From: the human T2T-CHM13v2.0 reference genome, Homo sapiens
Assembly (NCBI RefSeq): GCF_009914755.1
Contig: NC_060941.1
Strand: one strand, 5' to 3'
Length of the DNA: 64,000 nt
Positions 1 through 31,653 of this stretch are shown piece by piece. The notes beneath the pieces are model-generated. The model ran no database searches. It saw only the letters and a list, made by a program, of their open reading frames with translations, and was not told the DNA's origin. The stretch's first letter is position 1; each line of letters starts with the position of its first letter. The position numbers and the translations under genes were made by a program.

Positions 1-659
1 TCCCCTCCCCTGCCACCTCCTCTCCGTCTTGTTTAGTCATCCCTGCCTTCTCCCTTCAGCCATTCAACAGTCAGCCTCAGGAGAGGGAGAGGACCTGGGA
101 AATCGGAGGTTGGTTGCAATAGAGCATGCTTTTGTATCATTTGAGTTTTGTATTCTGTGCATGCTCAAAAAGATAACTAAAGAAATCTATTTTTCAGAAG
201 GATAACTTGGGAAGACAAGACTAAAGGGAATAGAGGAGGCATGAGCACTACATTGTAAGACAGTGGTTGCCAGTGCAGCGAGGGGTTGGTTATAGATGGA
301 GGCACCCGTGTAGCTTGGAGCTATGCTGCAACTGGTTTCCTGGAGAAGGTGGTTTGGAAAGTGGAACCTGAAAGATGGACAGGACTTGGGAAGTATGGAG
401 GAGTAGGGCCAACATGAGGTTGAAGAGCCTGGGGTACATGTTGGGGTGAGTGGGACACGCCAGTGCCTGACACGTGCCTGCCGCCAGGTTTTAGGTACCT
501 AATAAATCTTTGCTGAAAGGAAGGAAGGAGCAGGGCGGGAGAGGTCAGGCTCAGGTGGAGGCAGGAATGATACTCCAAATATTAATAACCATCCGGCATA
601 GGGACTGACCAGTCAGAAAGGACACTGGATATAGACAGCCAGCACCGCTGTACCGGTGC

Positions 660-721
660 ATACCAGTGAAGGGATGGTGCAGAGGCCAGTATACCAGTGA
701 AGGGATGGTGCAGAGGCCAGT
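660..721. repeat. Perfect 31-bp tandem duplication ATACCAGTGAAGGGATGGTGCAGAGGCCAGT x2
   Basis: 660-690 is identical to 691-721. Confidence 0.97.
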
Positions 722-1510
722 TTGAGCAGAGCATGAACTTCCAGTTCCACCAGGGAACCAGCCCAGCCCGTCTGGACCATGGTGTGAAGCAGCAGAGGAT
801 CAGGCCCTAAGTCAGATACACTGTGCTCTGAGCCAGACAGTGTCACTGGGGGCTGCCTGGAAGAGGTGATGGGTTACCAGAAGAAGGCTCCTCTCTGTTT
901 TGTAAAGTCAGGTCCATCTGGGGGACTAAGCAAGCAGGGATCACTGAACCCCTGTTCTGAAAAGAGGAGAGGGGTTTTGCCTTGCCTGGCCCAAGCCACA
1001 TTGAGGGAGTGAAAGAGCTGTGGGCGGTAGGCCAGGCTGCGTGTCTGGGGTCTTGTCTGGGGCTGGGTACCCTGGGGCTTTGGGGTCCTTCTGAGGGATC
1101 CAGACTCTTCTGGGACCCAGCCACACCTAGGTGGAAAGAGGGGCTACGGATGCGCTCAGCATGGCTTCCAGCCACCTTTGTATACCTGGAGCTGGGCCGC
1201 TTCCACCACGGTTGCAAGGATGGAGGAAAAGCAGAAAGGACTGGGGAGACTGGTGGGGTGGAGGTTTCTTCCTTGGAGAGCTTGCAGAGATGCCACCTGC
1301 CAAAGCCTGGGGACCAAAGGAGGGGGTTCTTGTTTTAATTGTTCTTATAAAGGTAATACACACCAGAGAGAACATTCTAATAGTTCTAAAAGGTGTGTAC
1401 AGTGAAAAGTCTCCAATTTACAGCATTTTGTTATAGAAAAAAAAAAAAAGTAACTCTCCATCCTTCCCACCCTTAAGTTTCCCCTCAGAGGCAGCCTTCA
1501 TTATGAGTTC

Positions 1511-3306
<1,796 letters not shown>

Positions 3307-5976
3307 TGAACCATACCAATTTATACTCCCAAGGGTAACATACAAGAGAGCCCATTTCCCCTCGCCCTTTCCCACATTCTGGCTTAGTAAGACTTTTCTC
3401 TTTGCCTGTGTGATTGGTGAGAAGGTGTCTTAAGGTAGTTCACTTTTACATTTTTCTCAAGGTGGTGAGGATGAACTCTTCTCATGTTTAAAAGCCATGT
3501 GGTCTAAAGCCAGAAGAGAGAACTGTTAGACTCATGGGGAAATGGGTTTGGTGTGAGTAGCTCCAACAGGGAATAGTTGGGTCTTAGAGGAAAAAACTAC
3601 AGTTTGTCTTGGAGGGAGCCTCCTCTTGCTAAGACCCCCACCACCAGGGCTAAGGATTGCTTAAATCAGTGGTGTTCAAACCTGGTTCTGAGCTGCCTTC
3701 TCAGGGGCTGAGGATAGGGACAGGACCAGACCCTGGGGCTCTCACCCCCAGCCTGGGCCTGAGCAGCTTCTTGCTTATCTGCTTGATGTCCTAGGCTTCT
3801 AGAGAAGGTTTCATTTTGAACAAAGAGTTATAGGGCTGAAGAAAAAGTTGAAAAGCACCGCCTCAAATCGTGTTCCCTCTCCCCAGGGATAGATTGCTTT
3901 CTGCTTCCGGAGCCCATCAGCGTTTGCCAGTCCCAGAGCAGGCCTGACACTGCAGTGTAGGGAGGGGCATGGGAGTCCCTCAGGAGAAGTGTCGCAGGAG
4001 TGATCCTTGGAGCACTTGGGTGAAGGGCGGATGCACAAGATACACAGACACCTCTGGGGGACACAGCTTTGGGCTCTGAGTGTTAAGTGGCTCCCAGAGA
4101 AATAGAGGTTCGACTCCGTGCTGTTTCCCTTCTGTACCCTGTGCTTTCTGCCTCCATGCTTCTGTCCAGGCTGCTTTCACCCGGAGCGCTCTTGTGCATG
4201 TCCACGCCCTCCTTGTCCTCAAAGGCTGGCTCCCATGTTACCCTTCCATTAAGTCCTCCTGATCCCCTTGAAATCCCATAGTTCTTCACTTTGTTCCTCT
4301 TTGCATGTGAGTCCCTCCCAGAACACAGTGGCACTCAACCCCCTGGGAACAAATGAATGAATAAACGAACTTAAACAAGGGCATGAGACAATCAGAAACT
4401 CCTCCATGAGGCATCCGTTTCCCACTTGTAATGGTGTTTCCACGCCAAGCCTCACCTCCCCTAGCTGACTCTCATTTCCTGACTGACTGGACAGCAGTGC
4501 CTGGGCTTGACTCATCTCTGTACCCCGCCTAGCGCTTCACCAGGGTGAGGTAGAAAGGCCACAGTCAGTCCTTCTGCAGCAGAGGCAGGGGTCTTGTGTT
4601 CTGATGGAAGGCTTAGGAAAACTTCCCGGAGGAAGTTGCATTTCAGACAGACTGGGAGGAACGTGAAGGAAGTGAATGATTTTGGCAGGTGGGGGCGGGG
4701 CGGGAGGCGGTCTGTTGTTGGGGACATTGGCAGTCAGGGATGCAGGAGGCCTACTTTGGAGGGAGTGCTCAGGGGTCCGCTGAGTGGAAGTACAGAGTCT
4801 GGGAGAGAGCCTGGGAGGGGGGCTTGGACAGATGGACTGGAGCCGGGACATGGAGGAGGCCCAGGGATGCCAGGGGAAAAAGTAGGCTCAAGTCCAGCGG
4901 GCCTGGGGTTCCAGCTGGAGAGGTCTCAGCAGAGAGGCAAAGACATGGCCATAGCGAGGTGTGGGCAGGAAGCTGGGAGACCTAAGGGGTGGCAGGAAGG
5001 CAGGTGGGCCTGGTGCAGGGTGGTGCCGAGGGATGGAGAGGTGTGTGGCACGGCAGCAGCTGGCAGGAAGGGAGACTTCCCCAGGCGTGGCAGCAGTGGC
5101 ATGAATGGGGGTACAGAGGCAGCGTCGCCTGTACGCCATCCAGAGTACTGCCCAGCAAGGGCAGGGCTGTTATAATGGAAACAAGTCAGGAGAAGGTGCT
5201 GTGGGAGAAGGGAATGGGCCGGGTTTTCAGCACAGAGCAGCGTAACAATCACTCAGGTGTTCAGGATGGACTTGGCTGGGGGCCTTAGGCAGGGACAGCC
5301 CCAGGCGGGTGCTGCAGGGACCCAGGCTTGAGGTGAAGCAGCCCAGGGAGGGGTAGTCACTGGGGAAGAGTCAATGAGTCTGCTTCGAGAAACATGTTTG
5401 TTCCATTTGCTTTTAAGTTGAAGTGACACTTTTTATTTTTAAATTGTGAAAGTAATTCATGTGTGTAGGAAATTCAAGGTTGATGAAAGGTGGGGAGTAC
5501 CAGTCTGCTCACTCAGTCTCCCCCAACTCTCCAGAAGCTGCAAGGTACATTTTGAGGAAAGAAATGATGGGACCTGAGACAGAGGAATATAGGGAAGAAG
5601 AGAATGCAGGGGGTCCGGGGCTTCTGGTGAGGGAGCCTGGTGGGTCGAGGTGCTTCTGAAGAGACAGGCCTTGGGAAGGGTTGCTGACCTGGATGCAGCT
5701 GGATGGGTGGGGCAATTTTTGTCGGCCCCTTGTGTGAGGAGAGGGTGGATCAGGCTGTCCTGAAGGCGGTTGGTGTGAGAGGTGGGAACCAAAGAACGTC
5801 ATCGGGGTGGAGGGATGACGATGGGAGGAGTACAGAGGGCAGGAGAGCTCTCCAGAGTGAGGGGGCGCAGCTGGCAGTGCCAGGACTGGAGGGGTGTCTC
5901 CTCCCACCGCTCCCTTTCTTCCTTTCTATAGCACCCCTGGCTGGCTCCCCCTGACCACCTTTCTCTCCCCGCTTAG

Positions 5977-6056
5977 ACTCCCCACCTGGTGAACCTGAAC
6001 GAAGACCCTCTGATGTCTGAGTGTCTGCTCTACCACATCAAAGATGGCGTCACCAG
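5977..6056 (+). CDS. KIF1C: KIF1C coding exon (probably exon 17), TPHLVNLNEDPLMSECLLYHIKDGVTR, entry into the FHA domain
   Basis: Pyrimidine tract and TTAG acceptor ending 5976; CAG|GTAGCG donor at 6057; peptide is the conserved kinesin-3 (KIF1A/B/C) pre-FHA motif; 80 nt, phase fits the next exon. Confidence 0.96.
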
Positions 6057-6810
6057 GTAGCGTGTACCCAGCGGCCTGGGGGGCAGCCTCTGCTTTTGGG
6101 GTGTGGCTGCCAAGGGTTGTCCACATTGGTGTCTCCCTTCCCTGGTGGTCCCTGGAGATACCTCAGATCTCTAAACAGCTGCCTCCACAGCCCTGCACGC
6201 TCTCCCAGCTTCAAGAGAAGCGTGCCTGCTCAGTGGCTGTCTTGCCTCCACCTGCCAGTTTGGTTAGGGCGAGACAACCTTGTTTACTGGGGCAGGAGAG
6301 TTGGGAAACATAGACCCCCTCATTCTTAGACCCTGATGCCATTGCCTTGGCCTCCCTTGGTGGGGCCTTCCCTGGGGGCGGGAGAAGGGAAACACGGCCT
6401 GGTCTGTGCGGTTGAGGGCTGGGCAGCTAAGGGCATGTGGCTCCTTGGGCTGGTATTATGAAGTCATGGGGGCTCGGTGCCTCCCCTAAAGGGGTGAGGG
6501 TGCCCTTCCCCTCCCACCACAGGCATTCGTGGCTGTCCTTGGTAGTCATCTTGGGTAGGGAGTGAGCTCTCAGGATCATCAACCTAAGGATGGGTGGAGG
6601 CCTGTGGCTGAGGGTGCCCGTTTCTCCCAGGTTTGCTTGTACCCAGGTAGCATGTACCCAGTGGCCCGGGGGGCAGCCTCTGCTTTTGGGGTATGGCTGC
6701 TGAGGGTTAGCCACATTGGTGCCTCCCTTCCCTGGTGGTCCCTGGAGATAACTCAGATCTCTAAACAGCTGCCTCCACAGCCCTGCATGCTCTCCCAGCT
6801 TCAAGAGAAG
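6053..6810 (+). repeat. 168-bp direct repeat (6053-6220 and 6643-6810) including the exon 17 donor
   Basis: Ungapped hand alignment, 11 mismatches in 168. Confidence 0.95.
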
Positions 6811-6824
6811 TTGGCGAGCCTGCT

Positions 6825-7169
<345 letters not shown>

Positions 7170-7428
7170 TGAGGGGGTGAGAGAGGCCAGACAGGGAGAG
7201 AGGCCCCATGTTCCACCCCACACACTGAACTCAGAGGTCTGGGTTGGGCACCAGGGAGTGCAGCCATATAAAGAGGGGATGTGGCCTTGTCCTCAGAGGG
7301 GCTTGGGGCTCATGGGTATGAATGGAGGAATACCACAGGCCCAGCCCTCTGCACCCACCCTGAGAAGACAGACTACTGTGTGGTCAGGCACTGGCGAGGG
7401 TTCTAAGGTAGAAATGGGACACTAGTGA

Positions 7429-11050
<3,622 letters not shown>

Positions 11051-12319
11051 AGCCATCCATCACGATTAAATGACTTTAGATTATCTTGTTTATTGTCTGT
11101 CTTACCAGACAGAAGTAAGCTCTATGAGAGCAGGGATTTTTTGTTTTATATCACCAATGTATTTCTGAGACCTAGTAAAATAGTGTTTGGAAGATAGTAG
11201 GAGTGTGGCATATGTGGGTTTGAATCAATAAATGAATTTTGTGGCATGATGGGAAATGAAGAAAAGGTGGGGATAGATGGCACCCCCTCTAGGCACCCGC
11301 ATCCCGTCCTGCTGTCCACCTCTGCTGCTGCTGTTTCCCCGACCCACCGTGATGCCCTTGGCTGCCCCTCTCCCCATCGGCTTCTGAGTCTCCCTCTGCT
11401 CCTAAGCTGAGTCCTCTGCTCTCCTTGTTCTCCCAGCAGCATCCGTTGTCCCCATCCCTGCCTGATATTATAGTTCATCCCAGTTTCTGTGTTTCTCTAT
11501 TACTTCCAGTATAAGTATTATAATAATAAAACACATGTTTGCATGTTATTTTATGGTTTACTTTTTTGGGCCTTCTAACCACTCTTCATTCAGACTTCAT
11601 TATCCCATCTTATAGAATATCACAGAAGTTAAATTGACTTGTTCAGCATCCCTGGCTAAGGAGCTGCAGAGCCTGGGCCTTTGGGATACCAGGGTTCCTC
11701 TGCGGCAATGGCCACTGCTCCTCGAGGACAGGGAGCTGCCTCGTGCATCTTCGCGTCCCCAGAAACTGGCAGGCTCAGTGATTTGTACTGAGGAGCAGCT
11801 AGATGGATGTTTGGGTTGGGTTGACTTTCTCTTGTCACATGTCAGCTGTGGCTTGAGAAGATGAGTCAGGTGGCAGTTTGCAAGATGCATGAGGCAGAGG
11901 GGTGGGCTACAAGCCTGCTGGAGGAGCCCAGGCCCCACCAGGGATAATGTCAGTGGGAAAGGTAGGAATGGACATCTGGAAGGCAGAAATGACAGGGCCT
12001 CTGAGCAGTTAAACATGAGGAATGAATCCTTTTGACAATTACTGGTTTTCTAAGCTGCTGCTGGGGAGGATAGAGGTGGGTGAGTCAGGAGCCACTGCAG
12101 AGGCTTCTGGGAATTGTAGTTGGGGCTCTAACCCTCCTTCTGCTCTTCCTTTCCCGTGCTGCCTGCCACCAGAGGGGCCATGGCACCCCCTACAGGTACT
12201 GGGGGTGGGACTGGTGGTGCATGTGTGGTTTTTTGGGGTAAGGCAAGGTGGGAATCTGTGACCATGACCCACCTTCCTCCAGGGTCTAATCTTTCCCCTT
12301 CCTCTGCCCCTCCATTCAG

Positions 12320-12403
12320 TGGTGGTCACTCTGGAGCCTTGTGAAGGAGCTGAGACATATGTGAATGGGAAGCTTGTGACGGAGCCGCTGGTGCTGAAGT
12401 CAG
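12320..12403 (+). CDS. KIF1C: KIF1C coding exon (probably 19), [32 protein letters not shown] domain
   Basis: TTCAG acceptor ending 12319; CAG|GTAGAA donor; FHA-type TYVNG motif; 84 nt; not in the ORF track, read by hand. Confidence 0.96.
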
Positions 12404-12815
12404 GTAGAAGATGTGTCGCAGATTGAGGGTTCTGGGGCGTGGCTGTGTGTAGGAAGTCTCAAGGGAGGTCCTTCTGGGTGCATCCTAGAGGAGGACCCTG
12501 AAATACATCAGAAATAGCACGGGGATATAAAGAAGGAACTGGGAAGTGAAGGTCAAGGAGTCAGGTCTTGGTTTCTCTTTCCGCCCCAGGGAACAGGAAG
12601 AGGATGCCAAGCTCTTGCAATTCCCTTTGGTTGACAAGAATGGGGTTGGTCCCTGGGTGTCAGCCAGGGGAGCATAGGCTCCAACTGCCTTCAGACTTGG
12701 GGTGATGAAGGGGAGGGTGTCACAGCCCCTGTGCCAGATTCTCTATGCCTTGGGTGTAGGGATGGATTTGGTGCTGATGGGAAGCGAGTTTACTTTTCCC
12801 TCCTCCCATCTCTAG

Positions 12816-13002
12816 GGAATAGGATTGTGATGGGCAAGAACCACGTTTTCCGCTTCAACCACCCGGAGCAGGCAAGGCTGGAACGGGAACGAGGGGTCCC
12901 CCCACCCCCAGGACCGCCCTCTGAGCCAGTCGACTGGAACTTTGCCCAGAAGGAACTGCTGGAGCAGCAAGGCATCGACATAAAGCTGGAAATGGAGAAG
13001 AG
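12816..13002 (+). CDS. KIF1C: KIF1C coding exon (probably 20), [25 protein letters not shown]...[12 protein letters not shown]
   Basis: TCTAG acceptor, AG|GTGCGA donor; end of the FHA domain (HVFRFNHP) and start of a coiled coil; within ORF 12731..13234. Confidence 0.97.
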
Positions 13003-13129
13003 GTGCGAGGGGGTTACCCACGTGCCCCATGGCCGTCTAGGCCGTCCCTCCCGGGCCTCTGGGCCCGTGTCCTCCTCTTGTCAGATACTCACCAAGGTTG
13101 CTCTTCCTTCCCTCCCTGTCCAATCCCAG

Positions 13130-13202
13130 GCTGCAGGATCTGGAGAATCAGTACCGGAAAGAAAAGGAAGAAGCCGATCTTCTGCTGGAGCAGCAGCGAC
13201 TG
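13130..13202 (+). CDS. KIF1C: KIF1C coding exon (probably 21), [24 protein letters not shown], coiled coil
   Basis: CCCAG acceptor, CTG|GTGAGG donor; 73 nt; within ORF 13098..13283. Confidence 0.97.
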
Positions 13203-13493
13203 GTGAGGGGCAGCAGGGGCTGGGGATGGGCTGATGGGCAGATGAGCCGCAAGCCTGAGTCCGAGTGCAGTGCTCACCGCTGAGCCAGAGTGGGAAATGG
13301 GCATGGGGGTAAGGGGAAGGGTCCAAGAGGAAAAAGCCAGGAGAGAGATGTGACTACAGGAGGAATCCATTGTGAGGAAGGAAGGAAGATTCCTCCAGTT
13401 GACCAGGCCTTCCCATACTCCAGTTTCTCGTGCCAAGTTTATGATTTTCACCATATCCAAGTACCACCTGTGTTGGTATTAAGATTGTTGTGG

Positions 13494-14113
<620 letters not shown>

Positions 14114-14260
14114 TAAGTCTTGCACAAAGTTCCACACTCGATTAGCTACAACTAATACTTATGGTAACTTTCTCGGTGCCGGCCATGGTTCTAAGTACTC
14201 CACGTGGATCTGGGAGGTAGATCCCGTCACTATCTCTGTTGTCTAGAAGAGCAGCGTTAA

Positions 14261-15091
<831 letters not shown>

Positions 15092-15194
15092 TGAACCTTC
15101 CATCTCAGAGCCTAACCTTCCCCAAGTCTGGAAAAAATTGCATTGAAGTATAGTACGTTTTTTTCAATATTGTTTACGAACCACATGCCTCGCT

Positions 15195-15643
<449 letters not shown>

Positions 15644-15741
15644 CTAAACCACTATTTTTCGAGCTTCCTTATCTCTAGGCTTTTCTCTGGACCCTTTGAC
15701 ATCCAGCCACTCCAGGTCCCTCTTGAATCCACATGTCCTGA

Positions 15742-16476
<735 letters not shown>

Positions 16477-16517
16477 GTCCCACATCCTGGGCAGAGGGCC
16501 TGGTGGGGCCCCTTGCT

Positions 16518-16701
16518 AGGAGAAGGGAAGACGCCCGAGACGCTGCTTCCCCAGAAGTGCTGGGGCAGGGAGGCCCAGGAGATGAGAGAGAAGGTCCGAG
16601 TAGGTGATAGAAGACAAGGGGGAGACCGAGCCGGAGGCTGAGGAAAGGAAGAGGGCACGGAGTTGCCAGGAGCAAACCAAAGTGAAGAGAGAGATAGGAA
16701 G
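16518..16701 (+). promoter_or_regulatory. GA-rich proximal 3'UTR element (candidate mRNA localisation zipcode)
   Basis: Purine-dominated run: AGGAGAAGGGAAG, GGAGATGAGAGAGAAGG, GAGGAAAGGAAGAGGG, GAAGAGAGAGATAGGAAG; GA-rich 3'UTR elements are established for protrusion-localised, KIF1C-transported mRNAs including Kif1c itself. Confidence 0.7.
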
Positions 16702-17006
16702 CTGCCTCGGGGCCACCCCTTGCAAAGGGGGTGTGTCCCACAAACGCTGCTATGGGTGGGGTGGGGGGCTGGGGTGCTGCGTAGCCAGTGTTTGACTTTC
16801 TTTTCAAGTGGGGGAAAGTGGGAGAGGACTGAGAGTGAGGCAAGTTCTCCCCAGCCCCTGTCCGTCTGTCTGTCTGTCTGTGGTGGTTTCTGTTTCTTGG
16901 GAGGCATGGTAGGATCATAAGTCATTCCCCTCCCCTTCCAGGCCTCCTGCTATATTTGGGGGACCTGACTGGTTTGGCTGGAGTCCCATGAGGATGTGGG
17001 CCCTTT

Positions 17007-17056
17007 AATAAAGGATAGCAAACAGGGAGCTTGTGGCCTGTTTGTTTTGGGTTTTC
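17007..17056 (+). terminator. Proximal KIF1C polyadenylation signal with GU-rich downstream element
   Basis: AATAAA at 17007-17012, then TTGTGGCCTGTTTGTTTTGGGTTTT at 17031-17055. Confidence 0.8.
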
Positions 17057-17239
17057 ATGGAGGTGTAGGTTATATAAGGCAATGGCACAGGTCTTAAGCA
17101 TACTTATCAGTGAAGTATTGTATGTGTGCTCTGTGCAGGCACCACCCAGATCTGGATATAAGAATGTTTCCATCTTGTCTTCCTGAACTTCACCCTCCTG
17201 TCTCTTCCTTCAGGGTGCGCAGCCCGATCTTTTCCCCGC

Positions 17240-20300
<3,061 letters not shown>

Positions 20301-20704
20301 GAACATCAGACATCACCATCACCTCGCTTAGAATCCATGGGGCCTTCTCCTCAAATTCAATCTTCCCAGGCATTTCATGAACTTGCGTCTAGTTTCTGTT
20401 CCCTCTCAAATTGCCCAGGCTGTCCTGTGAGTGACAGCAGCTATTTCGTGGGCCTCCTCTGGAATCATGAGAAGTCACCCAAACAATCTCAGTTTTCTAG
20501 CTCACTCCGTCTTGACATTTCTACACTGTCATCCTTGGTTTTCTTGGAAATTAATTTGCTTTTCTTCATTGTCTTTCTTTGGAGCTGCTTTCCTTTTGTT
20601 GGTTACTATTTTATTTTTAGCTTCTCACACCATACCGACATATGTTGGTTATTCTTTTAGACATGTTTTTTGTTGTTGTTGTCACCTGGAACTTTTGTAT
20701 CTTG

Positions 20705-24889
<4,185 letters not shown>

Positions 24890-25033
24890 CTACAATCTGT
24901 ATTTAAATCTAATTGCACACTAGATAATATATGTATGAAAAATTATTTAATCCAGTTTCCTGATTTCATTATATATTTCTTATAAGGTTTTCATTAGGCT
25001 TTTGTTTTTGTTTTTGGTTTTAAATAAAAACAC

Positions 25034-25039
25034 TTTATT
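25034..25039 (-). terminator. SLC52A1 polyadenylation signal
   Basis: TTTATT on + = AATAAA on -, about 245 nt after the stop codon. Confidence 0.85.
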
Positions 25040-25284
25040 GCACAAATCCCACAAAGGTCTCAGGCCCTGGGTCCAAGCCCACAGCCCCAACCTGTCCCCT
25101 GGCTCTGGGCCTGGTCTTTGGTGCCCACCCTGGCCTCACATGCCAACGTCTTCTGTGGAGTGTGCAGGTGTCCATGAGCGTTCCTGTGTTGGGGGAAGCC
25201 TGCCTGGGCCACAAGTAGTCAGGCACTGTGGCAGCCTCACGATGAAGACAGGTGGGGTGGAGTTGGGTCCCCACCTGCCCAGGC

Positions 25285-25497
25285 TCAGGGGCCACAGGGG
25301 TCTACACAGTCCTTTCTGCTTTGAAACACGTGGTAGATGCTGGTGGGAGGGAACATGGCACCGGCACCAAGCAGGGAGCCCACTTGGATGGCCACACCAG
25401 CTGCCAGCAATGCCGGCCGACCCCCACCATGCAGCAGGGAGCTTGCAGCCACCTTCACATATGAGAACACACACAGACACAGCACCCACGACAGCAC
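25285..25497 (-). CDS. SLC52A1: SLC52A1 last coding exon, [16 protein letters not shown]...[10 protein letters not shown]
   Basis: TCCCTTGCAG acceptor; 213 nt including TGA; C-terminus of riboflavin transporter 1 (RFVT1/GPR172B). Confidence 0.97.
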   Translation of the reverse strand: MLSWVLCLCVFSYVKVAASSLLHGGGRPALLAAGVAIQVGSLLGAGAMFPPTSIYHVFQSRKDCVDPCGP

Positions 25498-25588
25498 CTG
25501 CAAGGGAGGACACAGCAGCAGGCTGAGCATGACATGCACTTGCTCCAGGGGACACCCTCCTCCCCACTTCATGTCTCCACTTGCTCAC

Positions 25589-25712
25589 CACAAGGACCAC
25601 CCCTGCAGTGGTGCCCACCAGGGGTGGGCAGGGGCTCAGGATTGCCAGTGCCATCAGGTAGGCCCCAAAGAGCATGCCCAGCAGAGAAAGACCAACCAGC
25701 CCTGCCAGGGAC
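25589..25712 (-). CDS. SLC52A1: SLC52A1 coding exon 3 (c.1011-1134), [41 protein letters not shown]
   Basis: CCCCAACAG acceptor, GTG|GTGAGC donor; 124 nt; SPCPP motif of the SLC52 family. Confidence 0.97.
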
Positions 25713-25806
25713 CTGTTGGGGATGAGCAGAGACTCAGGGCTGGCTGTTCTGGGACCTGGACCCCAACCTTAAGTTCCACCCACCAAGCCTGGGGACCCTT
25801 TTGCAC

Positions 25807-26934
<1,128 letters not shown>

Positions 26935-27041
26935 TCAGCCCAAAGCTGGACCCTCCAGGACAGGGCAAAGGTCACAGGCAGGTCCTTCCCTAGGTAGGTC
27001 CAAAGATGCTTTGGCTCTTCTGGAAACTGAAGACCTTCTAG
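26935..27041 (-). other. SLC52A1: SLC52A1 5'UTR part of the first coding exon
   Basis: CTGTCTGTTTCCCTCCAG acceptor ending at 27042 on -; no upstream ATG in this segment. Confidence 0.7.
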
Positions 27042-27188
27042 CTGGAGGGAAACAGACAGGCTGGCAGGTAATAGGCTGGTGGGACAGAACCGGAGTCAGA
27101 AGACAAGTCGGTCAGACTGCTAAGACCAGGGCAACTGGAGGGAGAGGTGGCCGGGGGCGGGCGGGGAAGGTGGGGAGCCAGGACTTAC

Positions 27189-27330
27189 CACGGGGCACCG
27201 GCTGTGCGTTTGGGTACAGCGACCCAGCAGTGCCGGCAGGCAGACAGGCAGAAAGCTGGCCCGAGGTGCAGCTGCCCCAGAGGAGCAAAGAGGGAGCTGA
27301 TTTTCCTACCCACAGAGGACCCGGGGTCCA
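27189..27330 (-). other. SLC52A1: Candidate SLC52A1 non-coding first exon (proximal)
   Basis: Consensus GTG|GTAAGT donor at 27188-27183; 5' boundary not determinable. Confidence 0.55.
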
Positions 27331-27353
27331 AGTTGTCAAAACAGCTCAGCACT

Positions 27354-28018
<665 letters not shown>

Positions 28019-28026
28019 TTAATTAA

Positions 28027-28587
<561 letters not shown>

Positions 28588-28681
28588 TGACCTCAGGTGA
28601 TCCACCTGCCCCGGCCTCCCAAAGTGTTGGGGATTACAGGCGTGAGCCACCGTGCCTGGCCAGCTGTTTTTACACTTTTAA

Positions 28682-29072
<391 letters not shown>

Positions 29073-29084
29073 TGACCATCTCAG

Positions 29085-30052
<968 letters not shown>

Positions 30053-30168
30053 CTCACTAGGATGTACGTTTGCGCGGAGGAGGCACTTTGTCTATTTCAC
30101 TACCTACCCTATTCTCAGTGATCATTATACCACATAGGACGTGCTCAAATTGTTGTTGAATAAATAAA

Positions 30169-30739
<571 letters not shown>

Positions 30740-31323
30740 TAAAATAAATTTTGAAAGCTTCCTAGGTGACTCTGATGTGCAACCAAGCTTGCCCTCACTG
30801 CTTAGGGAAAGGCTAAACCAGACAGAAATGGGGTCACATTTAGTTTCCCACAGTAATACCAAACAATGATGTTTCTAATACTCCAAGAGGATGAGAAAAG
30901 ACACCATTTATCCAGCACTTTTCTTTTTTTTTTCTTCGAGACAGAGTCTTGCTCTGTTGCCCAGACTGGCGTGCAGTGGCGCAATCTCGGCTCACTGCAA
31001 GCTCTGCCTCCTGGGTTCACACCATTCTCCTGCCTCAGCCTCCTGAGTAGCTGGGACTACAGGCGCCCACCACCACACCCGGCTAATTTTTTTGTATTTT
31101 TTAGTAGAGACGGGGTTTCACCGTGTTAGCCAGGATGGTCTCGATCTTCTGACCTCGTGATCCGCCCACCTCGGCCTCCCAAACTGTTGCGATTACAGGC
31201 GTGAGCCACCGCGCCTGGCCTATCCAACACTTTTCTTGTTATATGCCAGGTACTGGCATAAATATTTAAAAAATATTAACAAACAATCCTCCCAAAAGTC
31301 CAATGGAGTGGCTACTATTATCA

Positions 31324-31653
<330 letters not shown>

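Noticed and set aside
4537-5954. ORFs up to 193 aa in KIF1C intron 16
   Set aside because: G-rich intronic sequence with few stops; no kinesin homology or convincing splice framing.
11500-12450. Antisense lncRNA (KIF1C-AS1) that I recall mapping near here
   Set aside because: No promoter, splice chain or poly(A) signal that I can support from the sequence alone.
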